From an uncultured Thermoplasmatales archaeon (lineage in GTDB: Archaea > Thermoplasmatota > E2 > DHVEG-1), in the NCBI GenBank assembly GCA_964406955.1, contig CAYOTP010000002.1:369-64368 (forward strand): a stretch of DNA of 64,000 nucleotides, written 5' to 3'. The position numbers and the translations under genes were made by a program. Numbering within the stretch: the stretch's first letter is position 1; each line of letters opens with the position of its first letter. The notes below the pieces were generated by a model, which searched no databases, was not told the DNA's origin, and saw only the letters and a list, made by a program, of their open reading frames with translations. Positions 9,059 through 19,106 of the stretch are shown here, piece by piece.

Positions 9059-10332
9059 GTGCACTTACCAATATCATTCGAAAAGAAATGAAAGAGCTGC
9101 TTACTCCAGCCACCATTCTTCCCATTGTCATTCTCACCCTTGTTTTTGGATCAATTGGTGGAACTATCGGTGGCATTGAAGAAGGAATCAAGGAACAACC
9201 AACCATCGGATTGATCAATGAACAAAATACAACGTATTCTTCACTTGCTGAAACCATCCTTCATCAAAATGCCAATGTTATATTCAATGCAACAAGCATA
9301 GATGAACGAGAACAGGGAATTAAGACCATTCAAGAGAAAAATGGAGCAGCATTACTGATCATTCCAAAAAATTTCACAAACAATATTGAACGAAACATAC
9401 CTGCAATCATTGAAGTAGAATGGATCGTCAAAGGTACAGGGATTATGGATACGATACCTTCTTCATCGGTTGAAGGACTTATTGGACTCATTCGATCCCA
9501 GATCTCCCAACAGTTAATCACCCATGCAAACCAAAGCACCAATGCGACCTTGGTGCTGAATCCACTTACAAAACAGGAAACAACAAATCTGAAGGGATTA
9601 TCCTATGAAAACATCTCTCCAGGGGAAATCACCGGACTTCTTTCAACGCAATCATCAACAACTCCAATCGTCATCATGATGATTATCATCATTGCTGGAG
9701 GGATGGTCATTTCATCGATGGCGTTGGAAAAAGAAAATAAAACACTTGAAACACTGCTTACACTACCAGTGAAAAGAGTTAGTATTGTTACCGGTAAAAT
9801 CATTGCAAGTGCAATTGTAGGTCTTCTTCTTGCCGTTATTTATATGATTGGAATTGGGTATTATATGCAATCGTTTCAATTTGATATGCCCACTTCAGGA
9901 ACAACATTTTCACTGAGTCTTTCAACAATTGATCTGTTATTGGTCGGAATTTCATTATTTGTAGCTCTTGTCGCAGGTCTATCCCTTTGTATGCTTCTTG
10001 GAACCATGGCAAAGAATTACAAAAGTGCACAAACCCTCACCGCACCGGTCACTATGATGGCAATTTTCCCAATGCTTCTTACCATGTTTACTGATTTTGA
10101 AACGCTTCCTTTGGCCTTGAGAGCACTTGTCTTTGCCATTCCTTTTTCCCATCCAATGATGGCGTCAAAAGAACTGATCTTTGGGAATTACACATTCGTG
10201 CTTGCAGGAATAGCATACGTTACGGTGTTTTCAATAATAATCATTGCCATTGTGATATGGGTTTTTACTACTGATCGATTAATCACTGGAAGTAATCTCA
10301 CTTCAAAGTTTTTAAGATCAAAAAAACGTTAA
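9055..10332 (+). CDS. ABC-2 family permease
   Basis: 425 aa; N-terminal TM then large extracytoplasmic loop then five C-terminal TM helices; start overlaps the upstream ATPase stop. Confidence 0.8.
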   Translation: MSALTNIIRKEMKELLTPATILPIVILTLVFGSIGGTIGGIEEGIKEQPTIGLINEQNTTYSSLAETILHQNANVIFNATSIDEREQGIKTIQEKNGAALLIIPKNFTNNIERNIPAIIEVEWIVKGTGIMDTIPSSSVEGLIGLIRSQISQQLITHANQSTNATLVLNPLTKQETTNLKGLSYENISPGEITGLLSTQSSTTPIVIMMIIIIAGGMVISSMALEKENKTLETLLTLPVKRVSIVTGKIIASAIVGLLLAVIYMIGIGYYMQSFQFDMPTSGTTFSLSLSTIDLLLVGISLFVALVAGLSLCMLLGTMAKNYKSAQTLTAPVTMMAIFPMLLTMFTDFETLPLALRALVFAIPFSHPMMASKELIFGNYTFVLAGIAYVTVFSIIIIAIVIWVFTTDRLITGSNLTSKFLRSKKR

Positions 10333-11126
10333 AAAAAATCCATTAATATCTGAATGAGAAAAACAAAGCCAATGATCATAATGATCACACCAATGGTTCT
10401 TCCTAGATTATCTTCATCAATACGGTTTGCAAAAAGAGATCCTCCGATTGCACCAATCACAGCTCCGCTGGCCGCAATCAGAGCGGTTTCCATCATCATG
10501 TTACCTTGGAAGCTATGTGCTGAAGCACCTGTTCCTGCAATAAAAAACATGAGAAGTAATGATGTTCCAATTGCTTGATGTAGGCTATAGCCCATAACGA
10601 ATATGAGGATGATGGTCATCGATCCACTACTCCCCATACCGGTAAATCCACTTGAAAAACCTATAAGGCTTCCAAAGAAAACAAAACTAAGGTTCTTATG
10701 TCGTTGAAACCTTGAAAAATCCACTTTTTTATTGATCATCTCAACATTTCTTTTTATGCCTCCTCGGAGTAACATGTATCCAAATAAAATAAGAACCATG
10801 GCAATTAAAAAAGTTAAACTGGATTCCGGTGTTTCCGTTGAAAAATAACTTCCAAGAATCGAACAACATACTGCTGAAACTCCAAGAAGAATCACTGGTT
10901 TTACATCAACATGGCCTTTCTTAAAAAAAATTAAACCAGCGATAAGGCCTATAATACAATCAACAAATAAACTTGTTCCAATAGCATTATATATCGATGA
11001 ACCTAAGATTACTGTGATCAATGGAAGAATGAACGGTTCAGCTGTTCCAGATGCAATACCAACGTATACTCCGCTTCCAAAACCTGCTAGAAAGGTCAAA
11101 ACGGTTGAAATGAAATCATCAAACAC
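10329..11126 (-). CDS. TSUP (TauE/SafE) family membrane transporter
   Basis: 265 aa polytopic; internally duplicated Gly-rich TM repeats typical of TauE/SafE. Confidence 0.65.
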   Translation of the reverse strand: MFDDFISTVLTFLAGFGSGVYVGIASGTAEPFILPLITVILGSSIYNAIGTSLFVDCIIGLIAGLIFFKKGHVDVKPVILLGVSAVCCSILGSYFSTETPESSLTFLIAMVLILFGYMLLRGGIKRNVEMINKKVDFSRFQRHKNLSFVFFGSLIGFSSGFTGMGSSGSMTIILIFVMGYSLHQAIGTSLLLMFFIAGTGASAHSFQGNMMMETALIAASGAVIGAIGGSLFANRIDEDNLGRTIGVIIMIIGFVFLIQILMDFF

Positions 11127-11180
11127 AGCTTTTCCGTAACTAGTCTATGACATATATGTTTTATCAAGAAAAAAAGACGT

Positions 11181-12077
11181 TCATAGTTGAAATAAATCCA
11201 TACTGAGATATCGTTCTCCCCTATCTGGGAGGATTGTTACTACTTTTTCAAAAGCTTTTGAAACTTTTAATGCTGCTAGCATATTTGCCCCCGCGCTGAT
11301 TCCAACTAGTAATCCATGTCGTTCAGCAAGTCTTTGAGACATCTCAACAGCTTCCTGGCTCCCAACAACGATTACTCGATCCACTTTGTCCATATCAATT
11401 AATTTTGGAATGAATCCATCACCTATTCCTTGAATCCTATGTTCACCAATACGAGCATTACTTCCCCCAAACATCACTGCTGCCTCCTCAGGTTCAACAG
11501 CAATAACCTTCACATCAGGGTTTATCTCTTTCATCACTGAAGACACACCAATTAGAGTTCCACCAGTTCCAACACCTGCAACAACCGCATCAACCCCCCC
11601 AATCTCATCAACGATTTCTTTTCCCGTTTTGATGTGAGCCATGATATTATTTGGATTACTAAACTGTCGAGTGTAAAACGTATTTGGTTCTTCTGCCATT
11701 TCTTCAGCAGTATCAATTGCTTCTTGTAGACTTCCACTTTTAGAAGTAAGGACAAGTTCAGCACCAAATGCTTTCATCATAAGTTGTCGTTCTCGACTCA
11801 TATTTTCAGGCATTACAATAATCATTTTATATCCTTTAACTGCTGCAATCATTGCTAAAGAGATACCAGTGTTTCCACTACTTGCCTCAACGATACGATA
11901 TCCTGCTTTAAGTAAGCCTTCCTTTTCAGCAGCAGTAATAATCTCCAACGCAACTCGATCTTTGATACTGCCGCTTGGATTGACACTTTCAAGTTTAGCA
12001 TACACACCTTCAACAGAAACAAGAGGTGTATTTCCAATGACCTCGATGACCGATGAATAAGGACACATTTTTATCAA
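11181..12077 (-). CDS. cysK: cysteine synthase / O-acetylserine sulfhydrylase (PLP-dependent)
   Basis: PLP-lysine motif NPSGSIKDRVA; Gly-rich loop GVGTGGT; about 300 aa. Confidence 0.85.
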   Translation of the reverse strand: MIKMCPYSSVIEVIGNTPLVSVEGVYAKLESVNPSGSIKDRVALEIITAAEKEGLLKAGYRIVEASSGNTGISLAMIAAVKGYKMIIVMPENMSRERQLMMKAFGAELVLTSKSGSLQEAIDTAEEMAEEPNTFYTRQFSNPNNIMAHIKTGKEIVDEIGGVDAVVAGVGTGGTLIGVSSVMKEINPDVKVIAVEPEEAAVMFGGSNARIGEHRIQGIGDGFIPKLIDMDKVDRVIVVGSQEAVEMSQRLAERHGLLVGISAGANMLAALKVSKAFEKVVTILPDRGERYLSMDLFQL

Positions 12078-12197
12078 CTCGCTGTCTGAATTCCATTTCC
12101 TTTATTATACATCATCTAAAGAGCTTTTCTGAAAAAATACTCAAGCCTTTCTCATTTGTAATGAATGTTTCATCAAATTCACATATCTATGTTGATG

Positions 12198-14114
12198 CTA
12201 CTGTAAAGCAACAATTGATTTGTATTGATACCAATAATGCCTCAATAACTTCAAAGATTCAAAATACAATTGGGGGACGAATTTTAATGAAGTTTCAATG
12301 GTTGTAATCAATTCCCTAGACGTTTCAATAAGGTCAATTTTTCCAATCGTATTAAGAGACGATCCATTTAATTTTTCTTCAATCTGAAATAATAGTTCTA
12401 AAGAGTATTGTGCTATCCTATTTGATCGATTGAGATTTGAGTCAATGAAATCATTAAAATCAGTGAACTCTTTTATTACCTCATTCTGATCAAGCATATC
12501 TAGAGAAAAAACGGTATCAAGAAGATAAAGGTTTTCTATGGATCTCTGGACATAATCCTGCAAAATGATACTTTTGTGATAAGTGTACAATAAGGGTTGA
12601 GAGTTTTTTTGAAATAGAACTGCATCAAAAAAAAGATCCCTAAAAGGAATCAACAATTCTGAAGAGATATGTTGCAAATCTGAAAGATTTGAGGAGTAGC
12701 TATTCAGCATGTTAATTCTAACATCAAAGAATTCGTTTTGAACTAAAGGCAAGGTAAGATTCATTGTTTTTTCCATCATTTCTTTAATTATCGATGGAGG
12801 GTAACTATAATGAAATGAGGGTTTTTTATCAGCTAATCCTGAGACATAGAACAATGAATTATGAATGACCCTACGACCGTAATACTGATCCTCAGACCAG
12901 TTTCGTTGTTCAAATAGAAGTGAAATATTGTTGACAAACTCAGGATGACTTGCAAAGAGAGCTAGAGTTCCTTCACCAAAGGTCGAAGTTACCCAGTTCG
13001 GTGTTCCAATTACTTTATTAACTACCCTTGGAGTGGATGAAGATTCCAGGATAATGTTATCAAAAACACTTACACTCTGACTATTTTTTCCAAGATAGAT
13101 GAACCAAGGTCCACTGAAGAAGTCTTTAATGGGACCATTCACACCAAAGGTCAACGGATGCGAATGATTGGTGATGACTGAGCTGGAAATGAACAAATCG
13201 TTTAATAAGGATTGATGAAAACGCTGAAGAGTATCACTCAGTGAGAGCGAAAATGAGAATGGAAAACTTGATTTTTCTACCTGATAGGCATAGTTTAAGA
13301 GTAATGGGGAAAGAGGATTCAAAAATCCCGACGATGCTACTTGGGCACCATAACATGATCCAACGTAACCCCCACCTTGAGCAACAAATTTACGTATCGC
13401 ATTGAAACTATCCTTATCGATAAGATTACCAAACACTTCTGTCACTCTTGCAGGGCTCGGTTCATAAGGCCACATAAATACATTATAATCCTGGGGCGAA
13501 AGCAAGGATGATGTTTCACCATCAAGGAAAAAATCAAACGTAAGAAAACCTCCCTCATCAGCAATCTGTAGATATGCAGGCCACCCGTATCGGATTTCTT
13601 TGCCAAAATACTGTGCTATCTTTGGTTCAACAAGTTTGTAGGAATTCAAAAAGATTGGCTCCAGGAGAAAATATCCTTCAAGCGGAACCTTCCAATCATT
13701 CAGCTCTGAATCAATGCAATACTCAAAAACAATCGAGCTCAATAAACTATTTTGATGCTCATCTTTTACAAAAGGAATGATATATGATCCTTTGGAAAAT
13801 GAATGATCAACCGCACTATTCAAATCCAAAATAGCAGATACATAGCATTCTACTTTTTCGGTTGACCAATATACAGTGATGTTTTCTCTGAGAAGGTCAT
13901 TTATAAGAACGCGTGACCTTGAATTTAAAATACTTTCAAATGTGGTGTCATTTCCTGATGGGAGTGGGATGATAATACCATAAATTTCGTTGAAATCTGA
14001 ATCTAATGACAATGGTTTTGATTGTATCGAATCAACATGGGAAAATGATACACTACTTGATATTAAAAGTAGAATACATGCTAAAACAATAGCACGAGGG
14101 CGATTAATGATCAT
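12198..14114 (-). CDS. secreted hypothetical protein (638 aa) with class-I glutamine-amidotransferase-like Cys motif
   Basis: N-terminal signal/TM; GGGYVGSCYGAQ resembles a GATase1/BPL_N nucleophile elbow; no other domains I recognise. Confidence 0.55.
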   Translation of the reverse strand: MIINRPRAIVLACILLLISSSVSFSHVDSIQSKPLSLDSDFNEIYGIIIPLPSGNDTTFESILNSRSRVLINDLLRENITVYWSTEKVECYVSAILDLNSAVDHSFSKGSYIIPFVKDEHQNSLLSSIVFEYCIDSELNDWKVPLEGYFLLEPIFLNSYKLVEPKIAQYFGKEIRYGWPAYLQIADEGGFLTFDFFLDGETSSLLSPQDYNVFMWPYEPSPARVTEVFGNLIDKDSFNAIRKFVAQGGGYVGSCYGAQVASSGFLNPLSPLLLNYAYQVEKSSFPFSFSLSLSDTLQRFHQSLLNDLFISSSVITNHSHPLTFGVNGPIKDFFSGPWFIYLGKNSQSVSVFDNIILESSSTPRVVNKVIGTPNWVTSTFGEGTLALFASHPEFVNNISLLFEQRNWSEDQYYGRRVIHNSLFYVSGLADKKPSFHYSYPPSIIKEMMEKTMNLTLPLVQNEFFDVRINMLNSYSSNLSDLQHISSELLIPFRDLFFDAVLFQKNSQPLLYTYHKSIILQDYVQRSIENLYLLDTVFSLDMLDQNEVIKEFTDFNDFIDSNLNRSNRIAQYSLELLFQIEEKLNGSSLNTIGKIDLIETSRELITTIETSLKFVPQLYFESLKLLRHYWYQYKSIVALQ

Positions 14115-14273
14115 AACTTGAAAAATATTTATTGCGTTTAAGTATATAAAATTTGAGATGATGATTTATCTATTATCCAACTAAATATTAACAGTTAAAT
14201 GGATATGCCCCATCAATGATCTGATCAATACAAAGAATCATAACAATTAAGAAGTTTCACAGCACTGATTACT

Positions 14274-14975
14274 ATGAACCTCTTTGACCTAGAACAATTG
14301 GGACCAATGGTACCAGCAGTTTTTTATAATCGGCCTAATCGATTTATTGGCAATATATCAGTCAAAGATCAAATGAAAACCTGCCATGTTGCAGATACCG
14401 GTCGGCTTGAAGAAATCCTAACGGAGAATAGGAAAATTCTAGTGATAAAAAATCGAAAAGAGTTGAAAACAGATTATACGCTAATTGCTGCAAAAATGAA
14501 TGATGAATGGATTCTTGTCAATACGTTTCTTCATTCAAAAATAGTTAGAATTGCATTGGAAAAAGGATTATTAGGTTTTATTCCAAAATCGATAAAATCA
14601 GAGGTGACTTTTGGAAAAAGTAGACTAGATTTCCTCATCAATGATACCATATTTATCGAAGTTAAAGCAAGTAATCTGTTGAAAGATGATTGTTGCTTAT
14701 TTCCAGATGCGCCTACAACAAGAGGTAGGCGACATCTGGAAGAACTCATCAATGCCAAAAAGAAAGGATATCGATCCATTATTCTACTTTTAGGTTTAAG
14801 AGCTTGCAAATGTTTCTCACCTAACAGCATTATTGATGAACATTTTAGTAGTACATTTAAAAAAGCGCTTGCTTTGGGTGTCGAATATAAAGGATTTAAA
14901 ATACGATTCGATCCATCTAACAAAACACTCTATTATGATTCAGATATGCCTCTCTGTGCAAAAGGGATAAAATAA
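14274..14975 (+). CDS. sfsA: sugar fermentation stimulation protein SfsA homolog
   Basis: 233 aa; N-terminal RPNRF...HVADTGRL motif characteristic of SfsA. Confidence 0.8.
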   Translation: MNLFDLEQLGPMVPAVFYNRPNRFIGNISVKDQMKTCHVADTGRLEEILTENRKILVIKNRKELKTDYTLIAAKMNDEWILVNTFLHSKIVRIALEKGLLGFIPKSIKSEVTFGKSRLDFLINDTIFIEVKASNLLKDDCCLFPDAPTTRGRRHLEELINAKKKGYRSIILLLGLRACKCFSPNSIIDEHFSSTFKKALALGVEYKGFKIRFDPSNKTLYYDSDMPLCAKGIK

Positions 14976-15012
14976 AATTGTGATAATGAAAATAAAAAAT
15001 ATCCTAATTCAT

Positions 15013-16821
15013 TTATGTTTTTACTAACAAACCACCACGTTTGAATATCTCAAGTTGCGAAAGTGAAAATGGGTTGCCCTGAATAGTAATATCTTTTGTT
15101 TTATCAAAGATTTCTCCTGTTTCAAAATCAACAGATAGTTTATCTCCATTATCGATTTTCCGCGTTATTCCTTCGGCAACAATAATGGGAAGTGCATTAT
15201 TAATCGCGTTTCTTTCATAAATTGCCCCGAAGGATTCTGCAATAATAACGCTTACGCCTAATGATTTAAAACAATCAACTGCTTGTTGCCTGCTACTGCC
15301 ACAGCCAAAGTTTTTTCCAACAACGACGATATCTCCGGGTTGAACATGTTTTGCAAAATTCTTATGACCTTGTAAATTATCAAAAGTGTATTGACCCATT
15401 TCATCAATGTCTGTAATCGAAAGATAACGGTTATGAAAGATCATATCGGTATCAATATTGTCTTTTTTAATAACCCAACTTCGACCTTCCACCTGTAATT
15501 GAGATTGACTTTGTTTTGATTCAACCGATTTTGATTGAAACGTTGGAGAATCCTCAACTGGAACAAGAGTTGGTTGCTCTAGCAGTTCATCAGCGGTAGT
15601 GATGACCCCTGAAACAAGTGATGCTGCAACAGTTGAAGGACTTGCAAGATACAGGTTTCCTTTTCCTTGTTTTCCCGTGAAATTACGATTCCCACTTGAT
15701 ATCTCTATTTCTCCTTTTCCCGTTTGACCTATTTGACCAGCGGCACAACCTGCACAACCTGCCGATCCGATTAAAGCACCAGCTTTCTTAAAGATTTTAA
15801 CAAGATCCTCCTCTAAGCATTGTTTCCAAATGGCATCAGTTGCAGGAACAATTTTAAGGACTCTACCTGGGGCCACAAAACGATTATTTAATATCTTTGC
15901 AACGTCACGCATATCTTCCATACGTCCATTAGTACAGGACCCAATGAAGCCTGAATCAACTGAAATTCCTTTTACCTCTTTCACATCAACCACATCTTCA
16001 GGATGACCTGGTCGAGAAATTTGAGGTTTAATTTCCGAAATATCAATCGTAATAGTATCTTCATATGTTGCATCATCATCTGCATAGACGGGATGAACCT
16101 CAACTCCAAATGATTTCTTATAAAAATCAAGGACCTGCTGATTTGGAGGAAACAACATGATAATGCCACCTCCTTCCGTTGCCATTGATGCAATGGTGAT
16201 TCTTCCATCAAGGGACAACTGGTCAACATACGGGCCATAGAGTTCAGCAGCATATCCTAAAAGACCATTGGCACCAAGATGTTTAAGCATATGCAAAATA
16301 ACATCTTTTGGAGTTGCAGTTTTAGAAGGCATACCCTTTAAAACAAGTTTTATCGTGGGAGGGACCTTAAACCAGATCTTTCCATGAGCCCAAGCATGGG
16401 CAATGTCCTTATCTCCCATTCCTTGTCCAAAGGCACCAACCGCACCTATAATGTTAGCATGAGAATCTGTGGAAACAATGGTCCCACCAGGCATGATCAA
16501 TCCTTTATCAATGGCAATATGAGTGCCAATTCCTTTATCTATATCATAGACCTGAATGTGATTTCTACGGGCATATAACCGGCAGATATGTTGATTTGCA
16601 GCATATTTCTGATCGCAACCACCTGGGTTACAATCAAAGGTAAAAAATGTTTTGGTCGGATCATCAACAGTAAGCGTATTTTCCTCAAGATTCTTAACAA
16701 CATTTGCCCCACCAAAATCCCTAGCGATACGGGCATCTATTTCAATATCGATAATGTCTCCTACAGCTGCTTTCTGTTTGGAATGACTCTCAAATATTTT
16801 TTGAATGATTGTTTTACCCAT
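15013..16821 (-). CDS. aconitase-family dehydratase, fused large (LeuC-like) and small (LeuD-like) subunits
   Basis: 602 aa; N-terminal about 420 aa LeuC-like with Cys ligand region GSCTNGR / CAGCAAGQ; C-terminal about 165 aa LeuD-like (GKNFGCGSSRQQA). Confidence 0.8.
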   Translation of the reverse strand: MGKTIIQKIFESHSKQKAAVGDIIDIEIDARIARDFGGANVVKNLEENTLTVDDPTKTFFTFDCNPGGCDQKYAANQHICRLYARRNHIQVYDIDKGIGTHIAIDKGLIMPGGTIVSTDSHANIIGAVGAFGQGMGDKDIAHAWAHGKIWFKVPPTIKLVLKGMPSKTATPKDVILHMLKHLGANGLLGYAAELYGPYVDQLSLDGRITIASMATEGGGIIMLFPPNQQVLDFYKKSFGVEVHPVYADDDATYEDTITIDISEIKPQISRPGHPEDVVDVKEVKGISVDSGFIGSCTNGRMEDMRDVAKILNNRFVAPGRVLKIVPATDAIWKQCLEEDLVKIFKKAGALIGSAGCAGCAAGQIGQTGKGEIEISSGNRNFTGKQGKGNLYLASPSTVAASLVSGVITTADELLEQPTLVPVEDSPTFQSKSVESKQSQSQLQVEGRSWVIKKDNIDTDMIFHNRYLSITDIDEMGQYTFDNLQGHKNFAKHVQPGDIVVVGKNFGCGSSRQQAVDCFKSLGVSVIIAESFGAIYERNAINNALPIIVAEGITRKIDNGDKLSVDFETGEIFDKTKDITIQGNPFSLSQLEIFKRGGLLVKT

Positions 16822-17609
16822 CAGTCTTCACCTTCCCCCACTTTCAAATCTCTTTCTTTGGGTCCATCATATTCACAGGTTACAGAATACATTTTCCGCA
16901 TGGGTTTAAAACGAGTTTGCTCCTCATAGACCTGGGCGGTTAATCCCGCCACTCGTCCAAGAAGGAAAAATGCTTTCCCAAGCCGCCAATCAAGCTGCAT
17001 ATCTGAAGTTACCGCCGCTATTGCACCATCCACATTTATCGGTAATTTCCTTTTAAGAGCTTGTTCCAACTCTTTTTCAATTGCTTTTGCTAATCTAATG
17101 TGATCTCCCGTTATTCCGAGTTTATCTGCAAGAGAAAACAAACGAATCGTTCGAGGATCTTGTGTATGGACCCGATGACCAAAACCAAGGATCCTTTGAT
17201 GATTCTTTCTAGATTCATCGACTACCATCGTTGCTATATCCTCAATAGAATGGTTTTCCGCTTTCATCCGTTGAATGGTTTCTTGCATAAAACATGCACT
17301 TTTTTCGATTGCGCCGCCGTGTGCATCACCAATACTTAATATTCCTGCGGCAACTGCACTTGGCAAGGGCACACCACCTGAGGCTACTACTCTAGCAGCC
17401 ATTGGCGAAGGTGAGGTAATGCCATGATCGATACAGGAAGTTAGAATTGCATCCATCATTTTTCCATGGGCTTTACTTGGTAACTCTCCTTTTAACAATA
17501 AATAGACAACATGTGGAAATGAAACATTTCCGATAAGATCCTCCTGCCGATATCCTCTGGTGATCAAATGATTTGGCTCAACTTTGGTAATCGAACTTTT
17601 CCACTCCAT
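16821..17609 (-). CDS. short citrate-synthase-family protein, citryl-CoA lyase-like
   Basis: 262 aa, C-terminal citrate synthase core only; signature GFGHRVHTQDPR (CS motif G[FY]GHxV...DPR). Confidence 0.7.
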   Translation of the reverse strand: MEWKSSITKVEPNHLITRGYRQEDLIGNVSFPHVVYLLLKGELPSKAHGKMMDAILTSCIDHGITSPSPMAARVVASGGVPLPSAVAAGILSIGDAHGGAIEKSACFMQETIQRMKAENHSIEDIATMVVDESRKNHQRILGFGHRVHTQDPRTIRLFSLADKLGITGDHIRLAKAIEKELEQALKRKLPINVDGAIAAVTSDMQLDWRLGKAFFLLGRVAGLTAQVYEEQTRFKPMRKMYSVTCEYDGPKERDLKVGEGED

Positions 17610-17615
17610 AATTCA

Positions 17616-19106
17616 TCATCCCTCTACTTTATATATCACATCAAGTAGTTCACCATTTCGCCACTTTGTAATAGCTATGATTTCATCACCAAAATCAACC
17701 ATGGGAGGACCGCCTGTTTCATCATGAGCCATTTGTTTTAATGATTCAATGGACACAATATTGATGTTGCTTTCATCTAGTTTTTCAATTAGATCCTTTC
17801 GTTTTGGATTAATAGCGATACCTTGATCGGTAACAATGGCATCAATGACATCACCTGGGGTCGTAATTGTTGTCACCGAATCACGGATGACAGGAATCTT
17901 TTTTCGATATACTGGGACTGTTATCATTGTTAGATTTGCACCAGCTGCTGAATCCTGATGACCACCTATTCCATGAAGCAACCGGCCATCGCTATGGGTA
18001 TTTACATTCACATTAAAATTGGTGTCCACTTCCGTTGCTCCAAGGATGGTTGCATGAAGACCATCAAGAAACCGGCCCTTAGATGAAGGATCTGCATAAT
18101 GACCAATATCAGTAATCAATCTTCTTGTTTCGGCGATATATTTTATGCTTTCCACATCAAAACATTGCAGTCCATATGCATTTCGAACAAATCCTTTTCG
18201 ATGCATATCTGCAATAAATTTAGTGAAACCCCCAGTTTCACAGGCAGCAACCACATTGTTCTCCTCTAAAATCTCATCAAGATATTGTAATGCTGCTAGG
18301 GAAATACCGCCTGCTCCAGCCTGAAAGATCAATCCATCTTTAATCAGATCAAGTGCATTCATTAAATCCATACATTGCTGGGCAATATGAAGTTTTTGAG
18401 GATCATTAGTTACTTTTAGTGAACCTGAGACGATATCTTGGGGATTGCCAATTTCATCCATTTCAACGACAAAATCAACATATCCTTCATTGATTTCTTG
18501 ATAGCCACAAGGTCGTTCTACCAAGTTATCTGTAACCACTATCACATGGTCAGCATTCATCGCATCAACTTGGGAATAACATATAGGGCCAAACGCACTT
18601 TTTCCAATTAAACCGGTACAATTTCCCCTGTTATCCGCTGCAGATGCAGCAATTATTGCAACATCAACATGAAGTTCATCATTTTTGACTGCCGCCCAGC
18701 GTCCACCATGGGATCGTAATACCACCGGATGAGGTAATGGGTTTTTTGAAACATAATCACCTACAATACCATTGATACTTCCTTCTATACGATCTACCGT
18801 ACCTTGTTTGATATGGTCAATGACGGGTTTATGAATGGGAAACAATGCCGTTTGTGCTAAACGAAGATTTTTCACTCCCAATTCACTAATAACATCTAAC
18901 GTATGATTGATGACATAATCGCCATTTCTTAGTTGATGATGAAACGAGATGGTTTGTCCGTCTTTCAACCCACTTTGTTGTAGTGCTTTTTTCAAACTGG
19001 TTACCTTTGAATTGCAATTGTTTTTATGTGCCTTTTTAAAAGGTTTATACGTTTCTCCTGCAATTGTTTCTGGTATAAGCTTTCCAGCAGAGTTTCTCAT
19101 GCTCAT
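17616..19106 (-). CDS. citF: citrate lyase alpha subunit / citrate CoA-transferase (CitF family)
   Basis: 496 aa; collinear with E. coli CitF from SGLKDGQTISFHH to the C-terminal TEVDTNFNVNV...GGHQD...ITVP...IVTDQGIA block. Confidence 0.8.
   Translation of the reverse strand: MSMRNSAGKLIPETIAGETYKPFKKAHKNNCNSKVTSLKKALQQSGLKDGQTISFHHQLRNGDYVINHTLDVISELGVKNLRLAQTALFPIHKPVIDHIKQGTVDRIEGSINGIVGDYVSKNPLPHPVVLRSHGGRWAAVKNDELHVDVAIIAASAADNRGNCTGLIGKSAFGPICYSQVDAMNADHVIVVTDNLVERPCGYQEINEGYVDFVVEMDEIGNPQDIVSGSLKVTNDPQKLHIAQQCMDLMNALDLIKDGLIFQAGAGGISLAALQYLDEILEENNVVAACETGGFTKFIADMHRKGFVRNAYGLQCFDVESIKYIAETRRLITDIGHYADPSSKGRFLDGLHATILGATEVDTNFNVNVNTHSDGRLLHGIGGHQDSAAGANLTMITVPVYRKKIPVIRDSVTTITTPGDVIDAIVTDQGIAINPKRKDLIEKLDESNINIVSIESLKQMAHDETGGPPMVDFGDEIIAITKWRNGELLDVIYKVEG

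Noticed and set aside
12053-12307. 84-aa plus ORF between cysK and the large secreted gene
   Set aside because: It overlaps the cysK 5' end and start region, has an AT-rich low-complexity composition and no motif. It is probably the intergenic promoter region.
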